Shown here one piece after another: positions 13,901 through 31,302 of a DNA stretch of 64,000 bases. A model generated the notes under the pieces. The model had not been told where the DNA came from, did no database searches, and was given only the letters and a program-made list of their open reading frames with translations. The translations under genes were made by a program, and so were the position numbers. Source of the stretch: the human T2T-CHM13v2.0 reference genome, Homo sapiens. The stretch lies in the NCBI RefSeq assembly GCF_009914755.1, contig NC_060925.1, one strand, 5' to 3'. Position 1 is the stretch's first letter; every line of letters begins with the position of its first letter.

Positions 13901-15224
13901 CGCCCCATTTTAGGCAGTGAACAAAACAGAAGTCCTTGCCCTATAGAGCTCATGTTCTACTGGCATGAGGATATTTTTTTTCTTCTAGCACTTTTCAATT
14001 CATAAACTGCTTACACATTCACAACTCCATTCAATCTCCACATTAAACAGAAGAAGGGTAGGATACATACTATTAGCAACATTTAGAGGTAAGAAAGGCT
14101 TAGGGAAAATGGGTGATTTGCCCAATTGCTGAGAGTTATGACAAGAATTCTTTTTTGTTGTTTGATTTTTTAAAAACATAGTAGCTATGTAGAATCCTTG
14201 AGATAATATAGCTAAAATCAGTGAAAATGCAAAGAACATTATAAACTGTAGAACATGGCCACCTCAAAGTTGAATGAGGATGTAAGGCTTATTTGAAAGA
14301 TGTTATAGTGACACTCTTCTAGATTACTTATGGACTCAGTTAAAAAACAGGATATGGGTTTCAGCTCCAACTCTGCCCCTTTCTCAGTATAATAATGAGA
14401 TATTATTTTTCCTGGATCCTCTTACTCTGCATGAATTTTATCTTGATGCATATGCCAAAGAGAGGCAAAGAATCTCTTTCTTAGATCAGAAGGATCCAGC
14501 ATGTAACTTTGCAGTGGGCAACATATCTTCTCCTCTAAAGGGGCACTCAAAAGAGCACCTGTTGGCTTTTAAAGACTACCTAACAGCCTAGTGCACAGGG
14601 GCTCTCTCTGCTGGTTCCCTGGGGGATGAGGTCAGGGGCTTCTCTACCACAGAAGCAGCTGTAGCCCTGCCCCAAAGCAGGAATACACTTGGCTCTGTTA
14701 TTTTAAGATTATTTGGGGGGTAGGGGCTAGGCCAGCCCAGGCTTGGCTCATGTGACACCTGGGGATGTGGTGGCAGGGCCCTGGGGAACAAAACACCCAG
14801 ATAGGGGGTTAGAAGCATGTCATCACTACATAGGTAAAAACACTCTTGCAGAAGTGACAAGTCTGTCTGTTGCAATATGGGGAAAGAAACAGGGTTCAAG
14901 ATGCATGTGTGTTGTAACAGAGGGATTCAAGGTGACTGTATAAAAGGTGACTTCCTTTCCTATCTAGGTGTGGTTCAGTATCCATTCAATGAGGTAGCAA
15001 GCTGTTTCTTACGTGCCTCACCCATTAGACTGTAAGGTCCATGCAGGGCAAGCACCATAATGCTTATCTTCCCCATCTCTGTATCTCCTGATCCTAGCGC
15101 AGGCCTTGATACTGAGAAAGGGCTGGATAAGTATGCTTATTGGTAAATAAGTGCAGGGAGTGAGGGGGGAGGGGAGCCAGTCTGCTTGAGAGCCTGGGCC
15201 TCAGGTGCTGGGAGCTGGGCTTCA

Positions 15225-15515
<291 letters not shown>

Positions 15516-16035
15516 TTAATCTCTGCTCCACTGTTTTATCACTAAAAATCTCCATTGGAAGGAACATCTGCTCTTCATCTTCTTTTTTCGGACTGTTTAA
15601 TGGTTTTAGGATTGAGTTAAAAGGTGACTTTGTGAGCAAAACAGCGATCCTCTGAGATAAGCACCAGTTAGGGCAGCTAAGCGTGGGTGGATGATACCCA
15701 TAAACTTTAAGGAAAATGGTCTCCTAGATTATTGCAGGCGCGAGTTGCCTTCTGGCGTGTCATTACTGAGATGGCAGCCCTTTGTACCCTGGGTACATAG
15801 GTTTTCTGGATAACACTGGCAGTCTACAGTTCTCTCCCCCGACTAAAGCATGGGCACTATGCCAAGGACTGAACCAGGAGAGAATGTCAAAGCCATAGCT
15901 CTTCTCCAGGAAGTGTCTGTTCCTATATCCATGCCATCCTCTCCATTTCCACCTGCAGGAAGGCCAGCCCCTGTCTTCCTCCCAGCCAGGCCACCCCACC
16001 CTTCTTGCAATCAGAAAATTCCCAAATAGATCTTA

Positions 16036-16368
<333 letters not shown>

Positions 16369-17204
16369 TCAGAGACAGGCCCTCCATGCCAACCACCACC
16401 TGCTTCCCTCGTCCCACACCAGCAGCCAGAAGTGGACCATCCACAGCCCCTGGTGACCTCCCCCCACCACGCCTATGCTTCAGATCTGGGGTGGAGACTC
16501 TAGATGAAATGAGCCCCCCACCTCAGCCCCAGATGGAGAAATGACTCAAAGAAAGTTAAATAAAAGGTGGGTGCATGATCAGAAACGGTAAAGAATGTAA
16601 GAGAAAGCTGCAGTCAAAGTTCAAAGCTGGGACTTCAGCTCAAACACAGACATTTCTTCTGAGAAACCTCTTCCCATCAGATACTTCTCGAGCCAGAGTA
16701 AGCAGTCACCAGAGCATCCCCTACCCAGTGCCACCCATCAAGGGCACCGGGCAGAGATGGCACCTGTGATGGTTCTGGTAGGTGGTGCAATGCTCTGACA
16801 CTTGCCAGCGCCAGAGTCCTATTTACAAAAACCATATGCACAGTTGTCTTGGCTAGAGGAGAAGCTTGGTCAGGGGGCAGCGGATACACACACAGTAGGG
16901 AGGGTAGGCAACCCTTTGGCCCCTGCCTGTTCCTTTTCGTCGGGATGCTGGTTCTGAGGAGGCTGGATTCCTGGCTTTGAGGATGACCAGGAGCTGGAGC
17001 CAGGCACACAGCCTGGTCGGAGGAGTTCCACTCAAAGCCTCACCAATCCCATGACCCCAACAGCAACCTCTAGACAAGGGTTCCAGGGCATCTGGACAGC
17101 ATTCGGCATTTTCCAACTTTGCGCATGTCCCTCCCATCCCATTCAATGTCCCATAAGGTGAACAAAGCACTCCATTACTCACTCACCCACTTGCTCACAT
17201 AGGT

Positions 17205-17990
17205 ACACAACAAGCATTCATTGAGCACCTACTGTGTACAAGGCTTTATTTGGATACCATGGAAATGCGAAAGGTAGTCAGATAAGACCACTGTCCTCAA
17301 GGAGTTTCCAGTTGAGTGAGGACATAAACCACGGAAGCGGACTGTGGGACCACAGTGGGGAGGGATGAAGGATGCACCCGCATGTGAGGCTGCCTGGAAG
17401 AGGTGGCATCGAACATGGACCTTCTGAGCTAATAGGATTTAGACACACGGCAACAGAGATGACAAAGATAGACAGGCACGAGGAGTGAGGTGGAAACCTG
17501 GAAAGAGAATGCGTGTTATGCAGTGTGACCAGAGTAGGAGGGAAGGTGAAGAGTGACAAGGAAGAGTGGATGGTGAGGTTTCAGAGATCAGACTTTTACG
17601 GGGTTTGAGTCTGATCCTGAAAATGATGGGGAGCCGCTGGAGAGTTCTGGTGGGGAGAAGGCGTGGTGAGACCCGCTGGCTCAAAGGTGGGCCAGTTACC
17701 TAGAGATGAGTTAGGAAATTTTGTGATTATTCAGGCTGAGGACAACAAGAGCCTGGAGTGAGGCTAGACATGAGACAGCAGGAATGGATGTGGCAAAGAA
17801 AGAATCCCTGGGACTCACAGGGGACCTAGGGCATGAGGAGAAGGAGCAGGGCATTTCCAGGATTTCCAGGGCCTGGGTACCTGTGAGGATGCAGGTGGTT
17901 TCATAGAAGTAAGGAAGGTGGGGAGCTCGTTTTAGACTCACTGAGGGAGTCTACAGTTAGAGGCCTGAAGTAGACCGTGTTTAAACCTCC
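17205..17990 (-). mobile_element. LINE-2 3' portion
   Basis: Reverse complement of the L2 3' end ('cattcattgagcacctactgtgt') followed by a purine-rich L2 body. Confidence 0.7.
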
Positions 17991-20900
17991 AGGTAGCCCA
18001 GGCTATGGCTGGCCATGGAACCTGAGGATTTGGACAGACTGTGTGCTCAAGCCAGACACAGGTATCCTCTTGGTTGTGTGCAGTGCACGTTCAAGCCAGT
18101 TACCCCTACCCCTACTTGTCTCTTACCCCCATCCCCTTCCTTGCCAAGCCTTTACCTCCAAAGCTTTCACATCCTGAGCCGTTCCCACCAGTCCAGACGC
18201 CTCAGGCTGGGAAAGTAAGATGGAAGTGCCATTCCCGAAGCAGAGGAAGCTCCTGCTTCCTGGAAGCCTCAGTTTTTTGCAAGTAATGGAACGGAGATAA
18301 CTAGGGGGTCCTCTAAGGCACCCAGAAGGTGGGAAGGAGGAGGAAGCCTGAGCTGTATTTGCTGCCTTATCTGTGGTAAGCCAGGTCCCCCTAGAGCTTC
18401 ACAGTGATCCGTTCCTACTGCAGACTTCCCAGCTAAGCACCCACCTTCTTTAGATTCTGTCTAGTCAACCCTGTGACCCACGAGTCATACCCATCCCAAA
18501 GTCTCTGCTGACCATTTCATGGGAACCACACAGCCCCCTTGCAGCACGTGAAGAACATATGGCGGTTCCCTTTCCCCTTCTCTTGCCCTCTCATTCAGTA
18601 TTGACATCACCCAGGAAGCAGAACGAACAGAAGTCTGCCCCATCAGGACGGGGCTGGACTCAAGAGGCGAGACCATGGCAAAGCCCACCCGCCAAGCCAC
18701 AAGCCCCTGACAGACAGAGCAGACCCTACCGCCTCCCCTTTCCTCAGCCAGCCCCAGGTGAAACCCAGGCACCATCCAGAAAGTCACAAACCCAACGGTG
18801 ACGCGGCTCATACCCAGCCAGTGCCCCCTTCCAGGGAGGACTGAGCAGGGGATGGTGGTCCCACGAGGATCTTCAAGCTTCCCCAGGAAACAAGCAAACT
18901 TCAATCTCAGCGATCAGTTTACTGTCTGAATTATGGAGGCAAGAAGTGTTTCTCCCTTTCTTTTTTTTTTTTAATTCCAGTCTTCTCTGCCTACTCAAAA
19001 CCAGCTGCTTGTGTTTACAGCATTGCTTTCCTGTTGGCTACTGAGGGACAGGAATGGGGAGTAATCCTTACTCTACTCTGGGAGGGCCACTATGGCGAGG
19101 GAGAAGCCGCAATGTGCTCAGGAAGGCACCACCTTCTACCCAACGCAGGGAGTCACAGGTGGGTGGGTGGTCAGAACTGATGGCAAGGTAGAGAGTTGGG
19201 TCCACTCTCCCCATGAACTTCAGGGCAGCTGTCCACAGGGAATTTGGGCAGAACACAGGAGGCCAGCCACCTGCAGACATGTGGCTACCTGGGTCTGAGG
19301 CAGCTGGAGTCACACACCCATTCTTTCTGAGGAACTCTTAGAATGGAGGCTAATATCTTCTCAATAGAGATATATATATTTATTTTGCAAAGAGCATTTG
19401 CATTCTTTCATTAGAACAGGGTTTCTCTTTATCTTCCTGAGGGAGTTTTTGGCATCTTCTTAGTCGGCTTAATGAAAACCCTGCATCCTGTCTCCAGAAA
19501 AATGCACCCAGAGCATCACATGTACTTTTTTGGCTAGTCCATGGGCCTCCTGAAGTCCTAGGTCAACAAGACCCATCTTAGATCTGGCAACACTCTTGGG
19601 AGGAAGGCAGGGTAGGATTTTGCATCCCCATTCTACAGATGTGAAAACTGAAACATTAGTGTCTGGGGTAACATGCTCCCTGAGGACACAGTTGGGATAA
19701 ATATTTGATCTCCCAAGTCAGGGCCATTTCCTTAAGTTTGCCTGTGGCTCCAGGGCAAACTGTGAAATTAAACTGTGCCTGCCTCAGTTCATTGGGTCTC
19801 CTGTGGCTACAGAAAGAAAAAGCCTGTGAGGGTCAGGGCCATGGCTTGAGCCCTCTGCAGGTTCCTGGCCTGACCCTGGGCTCTCCTAGCACCCTGTCCT
19901 TTCCCCTAAACCCCCAGTCAAGCACAGAAGAAGGCTCTTCTGGTGCCCTCTGCCATCCAGTCCCTGAGGGTGGTGACTGGAGATGCCAGTTCCTGGCTGT
20001 ATCCAACAGCCTGTGGCAACTGTCTCCACTCAGACAACTTCAAAGACCACAGACAATCCCCAACCCAGGCTCGGTTCAGTCGGAGCCTGAGACCAAAGTG
20101 CCTCTTCTCCTGATGTTCTCCCGGCCACACACATCGGCACAGAGCTCGAAAACCACCGGTGCCACTCTATGCCCTTCTCTCCTCAATAAGTACTTCTAGC
20201 ATCTCCAGGAAAGTGAGCACATGGAGGTGAGATGGAAGGGGAGGAATGGGGAGGGTGGGAGGAGCAAGTCAGGGACAGGAAGACAAGCAGGGAGAGAAGA
20301 GGCGGGAGCAGAAGGATGAGAAGAACGATGGAGCAGAAAGTGGCAAGAGGAGAAAAAGTGAAGGGAGAGAGGACCAGAGATGCAGGAGAAGGGCAAAGGG
20401 AGGGAAGGAGAAGGAAAACCAGGTCAGTCATTTGGAGGACCAAGGAAGGCTCCCTACCACTCGGCCCAGAAGGAAAGTGGAAGGTTTCTGGAAAAAAACC
20501 TCCCCTGCTTTTAAGCCCAGTCTTGTGGAGGTGCCCAGAACCTTCCCCAGCCCTTCCTGGGCTTCAGCTCAAAAGCCCCTTAGCACAGGCCCTGATCAGG
20601 TGTTTCTGGGACCCACATTCCAGACCATTCCCCAGAACTAGACCCCTATTAACCTTACAAACACTGGTAGCAGGAACATGTTCTGAAAGATGTCATCCTC
20701 CCCACGCCCAAGAAGAGAGCCCCCCAGTGCCTCCCCATCGCCCCGAGGCAGGACCCACCCCCACACTTCCCCAGTCCTCTCTTTGCTCAGCCAGGTCCAG
20801 GGGCCCTTGGAGGAGGTTACTAGGCATTCCCCTGCCTCCCTTTCCCAATCTGGCCTTGGGAGCTGGAACTGGGGCCCTACAGCCCCCAAGATCCCAGCCC

Positions 20901-21222
20901 AAGGTTACTGACTCCTAAAAGAGGAGCTGAAGGAGGACTGTCTTAGCAGGTGGAAGTGATTCAAAAGGAAAATAAAGAGAGAAATGTAGCAGTAATGACT
21001 CCCTGGACTGCAGTTCAAATGCGAAGTGAGGGAGAAAGAGGACAAGGAGGAAAATGGGACGAGGAGGAGGAGAAGGCAAAGGGCAGGCCCCAGGGCTGCT
21101 CTCTGGCCGTTGGGTCAGTGTGTCCAAGCGCAGAGCCCAGGATGGAGGAAGCAGGGTTGAAGGAAAGTCATTCCAGCATCATCTGGCTTCCCCACGGTTT
21201 AGTGCCTGCACGTGTGACCTCA

Positions 21223-21405
<183 letters not shown>

Positions 21406-21764
21406 CTAGAAGGATTCCCCCTTGTGCCTTGGAACATTCCATGGTGGGTCAAAGCCAGGAACTTCTGGGCTGGGACATTCCAAGGGTAGTGGTCAAGGGC
21501 AATAGGACCTCAGACATGAAGGAAAAGTTACTATCAAGGCTAGCCCTCTGAGGGAGGCCAAAAATGTGGTCTCCTACTGGGTGGGCTCTGAGAGGCTCTG
21601 GGACTCCCCCGGTGGCCTCTCACAGATGTCTGAGATTTCACTAGACCTACTGAATTCAACCTGCTCCTCAGCAAACTTTTCATGAGCGTCGACGTGTGCA
21701 GCCTTGCAGCCCACCTCTGCTTCTCCACAGCTTTTTCTCTACCTCAATTCTGAGTCAGCCCTGA

Positions 21765-22100
21765 CAGGGTATGGTAGATCAGAATATGGGCCCAAATTGT
21801 CGCTACTCATTGTATTCTCACCATTTGCAATGTGATTTTTTAGCTCCCTCCATTACAGAGGTGGAGTACATTCCCCCCCTCCTTGACTTTGGGTTTGGCC
21901 TTGTGACTTGCTTTGGCCATGGGAAATTTGGAGGCCATGATGTGTTCAAAGGCATAAAAGCACTTGCCAGATTAGGCTTGGCCTCTTGCATCTCTGCCAT
22001 CATTGTGAGACAACATAGCTGCTCCCAGGAGGATAAGAGACACATGGGGGAAGAGGGAATTAGCCAAGCCAAGCCCAGCCTACATAAGCCAACCTCTTAC
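21765..22100 (+). mobile_element. MaLR LTR fragment (MLT1G/H-like)
   Basis: 'gaggtggagtacattcccccc...ttgactttgggtttggccttgtgacttgctttggcca' is a typical MLT1 motif. Confidence 0.65.
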
Positions 22101-22554
22101 AGGCAGGGGAAGCTGAATCCTGGAGGTCACTGGGAGATGGGGCCTGACTCAAGTGGGTGCCTGATGGATCAGATCTGGCTTTGACCCTGTCACTAAGTCC
22201 AGCCTAGTCCTCAGTTCATCAGAACTTTGCCAAATAGCACACAAAAGGTGCCAGAGCCAGAACTCCATAATTCCAAAGGCCATTCCTCTGTACCCATCAG
22301 CCGCCTTTGGTCTGACCACCCCTGTTACCCAAGGCATTCTCTTGGCCTCTAACAGCTTCACCCTGTCTCTGGTTATATGCCTTGGAGCAGCTGTTTAATC
22401 CCAGCTACCCACGGTGCCATCTTCCAGCTGGCCCCGCCTGCTGACTTAGCCCTGCTCAGATTGATACCCAGGAGTGGTGACAACAACTGTAACTGGGCAC
22501 TTCATACGTGCCAGGTCCAGGGTGCTTTACAAGTTCTTTACTTAAATCAGCGTC

Positions 22555-23250
22555 CTTGACTCCTCTTTCTCAAACCCACACACAATCCATCAGAAAATCC
22601 TTCCAAATATATCCCAAAGGCAACCACTTCTCACAACTTCCATTGTCTATCATCCTGATTCAAGTCCGAGATACCTTTCCCCTCATGACTGTGGCCTCCC
22701 ATTCTCCACCCTTGTCCCTATATAGTCTGTCCTTAGCACAAGAACCAGAGGGATCCTATTAAAACATAAGTCAAACCATATTACATCTCTGCTCAAAGCT
22801 CATCAGTGGCAACCCATGTCTTCTAGAGTAAAAGTCCTTAAGATGGCCTGCAAGACCAATCTGTTCTCCCCATGACCTCTCTGACTCTGTATTTGGCCTC
22901 AATTGCTCTTCTCCAGCCTCATGGGCCTCTCTGATGTGCCTACAATATGCCAGGCATGCTTCTGCTTCAGCCTGCCAATTCCCCAAAAGGCTTTCCCTCA
23001 GGTATCTCTACGACTTGCTCCCCTTTTCCCTTAAGTGTTCGTGCAAACACCATTTCTTCACTGAGGCCTTCCCTGACCACTCCATTAAAATGACACCTGC
23101 AACCCCAGCTCTCCCTGCCTCCTTCCCAATGTTATCTTCCCAATGTTCTAACATACTATACCATTTATGTAGTTATTTTTGTCACTCCACATTGCAATGT
23201 AAGCTCTACAAAGGCAGGGATTTTTATTCATGGTGTATCCTCAACGCCTA
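22555..23250 (+). mobile_element. LINE-2 3' portion
   Basis: L2 motifs 'ccagagggatcctattaaaacataagtcaaaccat', 'gaggccttccctgaccac' and 'aatgtaagctctacaaaggcaggga'. Confidence 0.75.
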
Positions 23251-24909
23251 GAATCATTTCATTTGGTCCTTATACTTTCAACAACCTTGACTGGTAGTTA
23301 TTATACCTACTCAATAGATAATCAAATCAGGGTTCAAAGTGGTTTAGGTGACTTGCTGTAAGTCACACAGCCAGGAAACAGCTGTGTTCTTCACTGAGCC
23401 TCAGCCTCTTTTCTTGTGATCTGCACCCAAAGCAATCTCAGGGAAACTGTAAACCTTCTCCAGGATCTGCTCCCAAGCTCAGGCTCTGAAAACTCAGGTA
23501 TTTGCTCTGGACTTGAGGTAACAGGCCAATCCCCAAATCAAAGCTCACAGTAATCAGATATGCAAGGAAGGCTGCCTCCCAGTCCCCCAACTCTGGCTAC
23601 ATGAAAAAGTTCCCCAAGGGTTTGTTCCCTGGCAGGCAAGTCACTGTGTAATCTGAATGCCTGATAAAATTCAGTTATTACCACGGAGTCATAGCCTCCC
23701 AACATGCATTCAAACCGTTTTTATAAATGTGCATTACTCTCCATGTGTATCCAGCAGGAAAATTTCCAATGAACACTAACATGGACACATGATCAAACAG
23801 AGGGCATTAGTAAGGAAACATACATTATTCAAGCCTAGCTAATACAGTGCGGCAGGGGGATAGCCCTCTGATTCACTATCCCTGGGAGAACAGGAGCAGT
23901 TCCAGCACCACAACAACAATTTGAGCCTGATAGCCCTGGTACCCCAGCATCAGGGCAGCAGTGGGTGAGGGGTCTCTATGACCCGGTGCAGCCCATTTGT
24001 GGTCAGGTCTGTGGAGATGGCTCAGGGCACCTGGCCAAGTGGGAGGTGAAGAAAGAGTCTTCATCGTCTCCTTGTCTCTGGCTCTAGTGTTGCTAGAGGA
24101 AGGGGAATGAGGAAGGGGACCAGAGCACCACAGAGGCCATTCCCAGGGGCAAAGCTGCTTGGATTTTCCATGTAGGGGCTGATGTGGGCACTGTGAGATA
24201 TGCGTGGCCATGAGGGGAGGCGATGCTAAGAGGGAGCCTCCCCTTCCTCTCTTCTCACGGTTGCACTGAGGAAAAGTCTCCTGCTCCTTGCCTCTCTCAA
24301 GGGCCCAGAAATAATCCTTCTGATTTCTGTGTCCACCCTCTCCACTCATTCCTCCCCAAGGAAAGACTGCCTAACCTAATGGATCTGTGCTTAATATTCA
24401 TTGGGCTGCTTCTAGTAATGGATGATGTCATCATGCAACGCAAGCTTGAGCTAACTTCTGTTCTTCCTCTTTTACTTCCTGCTACTTAGCATAGGATGGA
24501 GTTTGTCAAGGTGATGAGAACTGAGTGAGAAGGAACCTGAAAAGCTGCAGGGAGCTCCATAATGTACATATGAACTTGGTGATTACCGCTTTGAGCTAGG
24601 TCTGAGAGGTTATATCACCAGTGTTGCCTGTAGCCACCACATGGTCATCGGATGCATGCTAGAATCCACAGATAGAGTCTTTGTCCTCATGATGTTAGCG
24701 CAGGGAAATACAGGGGTCACAGCTCTTTGGGCAAGGGTTCCGCATACCAACAACACAAACTCTACAAAATGTATATTCAGGCCCAGCTGACTGATGGTAG
24801 AACCTACAGTTGGCACACACCATATGGGAGCTGATTGATGGGTCATGTAAGATCCTTCACTGAGGGGTAAGCTCTAGGCAAGATCCACATCACCAGGAAC
24901 ATTAGCATT

Positions 24910-25086
24910 TTTTTTTAGATTAAATTTACTTTTATTTACAGTCTCTTCAAATAACTTTCCTTTTTTTATTATTATACTTAAAGTTCAGGGTACATGTGCA
25001 CAACGTGCAGTTTTGTTACATATATATACATGTGTCATGTTGGTGTGCTGCACCCATTAACTCGTCATTTAACATTAGGTATATCT
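24910..25086 (-). mobile_element. 3' end of an older L1PA (L1PA4/5-like) with 3' transduction and poly(A); left piece of the split outer element
   Basis: Reverse complement of the L1 3' UTR terminus ('tttattattatacttaaagttcagggtacatgtgcacaacgtgcag...cattaggtatatct'), then 44 nt of unique sequence, a T9 run and the left TSD copy ggaacattagcatt (24896-24909). Confidence 0.9.
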
Positions 25087-25536
25087 GAAGGAGCCAAGGT
25101 GGCCGAATAGGAACAGCTCCAGTCTACAGCTCCCAGCGTGAGCGACGCAGAAGACGGGTGATTTCTGCATTTCCATCTGAGGTACCGGGTTCATCTCACT
25201 AGGAAGTGCTAGACAGTGGGCGCAGGACAGTGGGTGCAGCGCACCGTGCGTGAGCCAAAGCAGGGTGAGGCATTGCCTCACTCGGGAAGTGCAAGGGATC
25301 AGGGAGTTCCCTTTCATGGTCGAGGAAAGGGGTGACAGATGGCACGTGGAAAATCGGGTCACTCCCACCCGAATACTGCGCTTTTCCAACGGGCTTAGGA
25401 AATGGCACACCAGGAGATTATATTCCGCACCTGGCTCAGAGGGTCCTACGCCCACGGAGTCTCGCTGATTGCTAGCACAGCAGTCTGAGATCAAACTGCA
25501 AGGCAGCAGCAAGGCGGGGGGAGGGGCGCCCGCCAT
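25075..25536 (-). CDS. L1 antisense ORF0, extended to 153 aa (expression unproven)
   Basis: ATG at 25536-25534 in a strong context (gcaATGg). Translation MAGAPPPALLLPCSLISDCCASNQRDSVGVGPSEPG matches the primate ORF0 N-terminus. The frame stays open across the L1 5' end to a TAA inside the outer L1 3' UTR. Confidence 0.6.
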   Translation of the reverse strand: MAGAPPPALLLPCSLISDCCASNQRDSVGVGPSEPGAEYNLLVCHFLSPLEKRSIRVGVTRFSTCHLSPLSSTMKGNSLIPCTSRVRQCLTLLWLTHGALHPLSCAHCLALPSEMNPVPQMEMQKSPVFCVAHAGSCRLELFLFGHLGSFRYT

Positions 25537-26119
25537 TGCCCAGGCTTCAGTAGGTAAACAAAGCAGCTGGGAAGCTCGAACTGGGTGGAGCCCACCACTG
25601 CTCAAGGAGGCCTGCCTGCCTCTGTAGGCTCCACCTCTGGGGGCAGGGCACAGACAAACAAAAAGACAGCAGTAACCTCTGCAGACTTAAATGCCCCCAT
25701 CTGACAGCTTTGAAGAGAGCAGTGGTTCTCCCAGCATGCAGCTGGAGATCTGAGAATGGGCAGACTGCCTCCTCAAGTGGGTCCCTGACCCTTGACCCCC
25801 GAGCAGCCTAACTGGGAGGCACCCCCCAGTAGGGGCAGACTGACACCTCACACAGCCGGGTACTCCTCTGAGACAAAACTTCCAGAGGAATAATCAGACA
25901 GCAGCATTCGTGGTTCACGAAAATCCGCCGTTCTGCAGACACCGCTGCTGATACCCAGGCAAACAGGGTCTGGAGTGGACCTCTAGCAAACTCCAACAGA
26001 CTTGCAGCTGAGGGTCCTGTCTGTTAGAAGGAAAACTAACAAACAGAAAGGACATCCACAACAAAAACCTATCTGTACATCACCATCATCAAAGACCAAA
26101 AGTAGATAAAACCACAAAG

Positions 26120-27136
26120 ATGGGGAAAAAACAGAGCAGAAAAACTGGAAACTCTAAAAAGCAGAGCGCCTCTCCTCCTCCAAAGGAACGCAGTTCCTCA
26201 CCAGCAACGGAACAAAGCTGGATGGAGAATGACTTTGACGAATTGAGAGAAGAAGCCTTCAGATGATCAAACTACTCTGAGCTACAAGAGGAAATTCAAA
26301 CCAAAGGCAAAGAAGTTGAAAACTTTGAAAAAAATTTAGAAGAATGTATAACTACAATAACCAATACAGAGAAGTGCTTAAAGGAGCTGACGGAGCTGAA
26401 AGCCAAGGCTCGAGAACTACGTGAAGAGTGCAGAAGCCTCAGGAGCTGAAGCGATCAACTGGAAGAAAGGGTATCAGTGATGGAAGATCAAATGAATGAA
26501 ATGAAGTGAGAAGGGAAGTTTAGAGAAAAAAGAATAAAAACAAATGAACAAAGATTCCAAGAAATATGGGACTATGTGAAAAGACCAAATCTACGTCTGA
26601 TTGGTGTACCTGAAAGTGACGGGGAGAATGGAACCAAGTTGGAAAACACCCTGCAGGATACTATCCAGGAGAACTTCCCCAATCTAGCAAGGCAGGCCAA
26701 TTTTCAGATTCAGGAAATACAGAGAACGCCACAAAGATACTCCTCGAGAAGAGCAACTCTAAGACACATAATTGGCAGATTCACCAAAGTTGAAATGAAG
26801 GAAAAAATGTTAAGGGCAGCCAGAGAGAAAGGTCAGGTTACCCACAAAGGGAAGCCCATCAGACTAACAGCGGATTTCTCGGCAGAAACTCTACAAGTCA
26901 GAAGAAATGGGGGGCCAATATTCAACATTCTTAAAGAAAAGAATTTTCAACCCAGAATTTCATATCCAGCCAAACTAAGCTTCATAAGTGAAGGAGAAAT
27001 AAAATCCCTTACAAACAAGCAAATGCTGAGAGATTTTGTCGCCACGAGGCCTGCCCTAAAAGAGCTCCTGAAGGAAGCACTAAACATGGAAAGGAACAAA
27101 TGGTACCAGCCGCTGCAAAATCATGCCAAAATGTAA
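26120..27136 (+). pseudogene. L1 ORF1p (338 codons), disrupted by three in-frame stops
   Basis: ATGGGGAAAAAACAG start, 1017 nt with no net frameshift. In-frame TGA at 26264, 26447 and 26507. The C-terminal part MKRPNLRLIGVPE...QNHAKM is intact. Confidence 0.95.
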
Positions 27137-27184
27137 AGACCATCGAGACTAGGAAGAAACTGCATCAACTAACGAGCAAAATAA

Positions 27185-31025
<3,841 letters not shown>

Positions 31026-31302
31026 ACAATGAGATCACATGGACACAGGAAGGGGAACATCACACTCTGGGGACTGTTGTGGGGTGGGGGTAGCGGGGAG
31101 GGATAGCATTGGGAGATATAACTAATGCTAGATGACGAGTTAGTGGGTGCAGCACACCAGCATGGCACATGTATACATATGTAACTAACCTGCACAATGT
31201 GCACATGTACCCTAAAACTTAAAGTATAATAATAATAAAATAAATTAAAACAAAAAAAACAAAAAAAAAACAAACAAAAATACATTTCAAAAAAAAAAAA
31301 AA

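Noticed and set aside
20232-20918. 228-aa ORF and neighbouring ORFs in purine-rich sequence
   Set aside because: G/A-rich low-complexity DNA lacks stop codons by composition. No homology or splice support.
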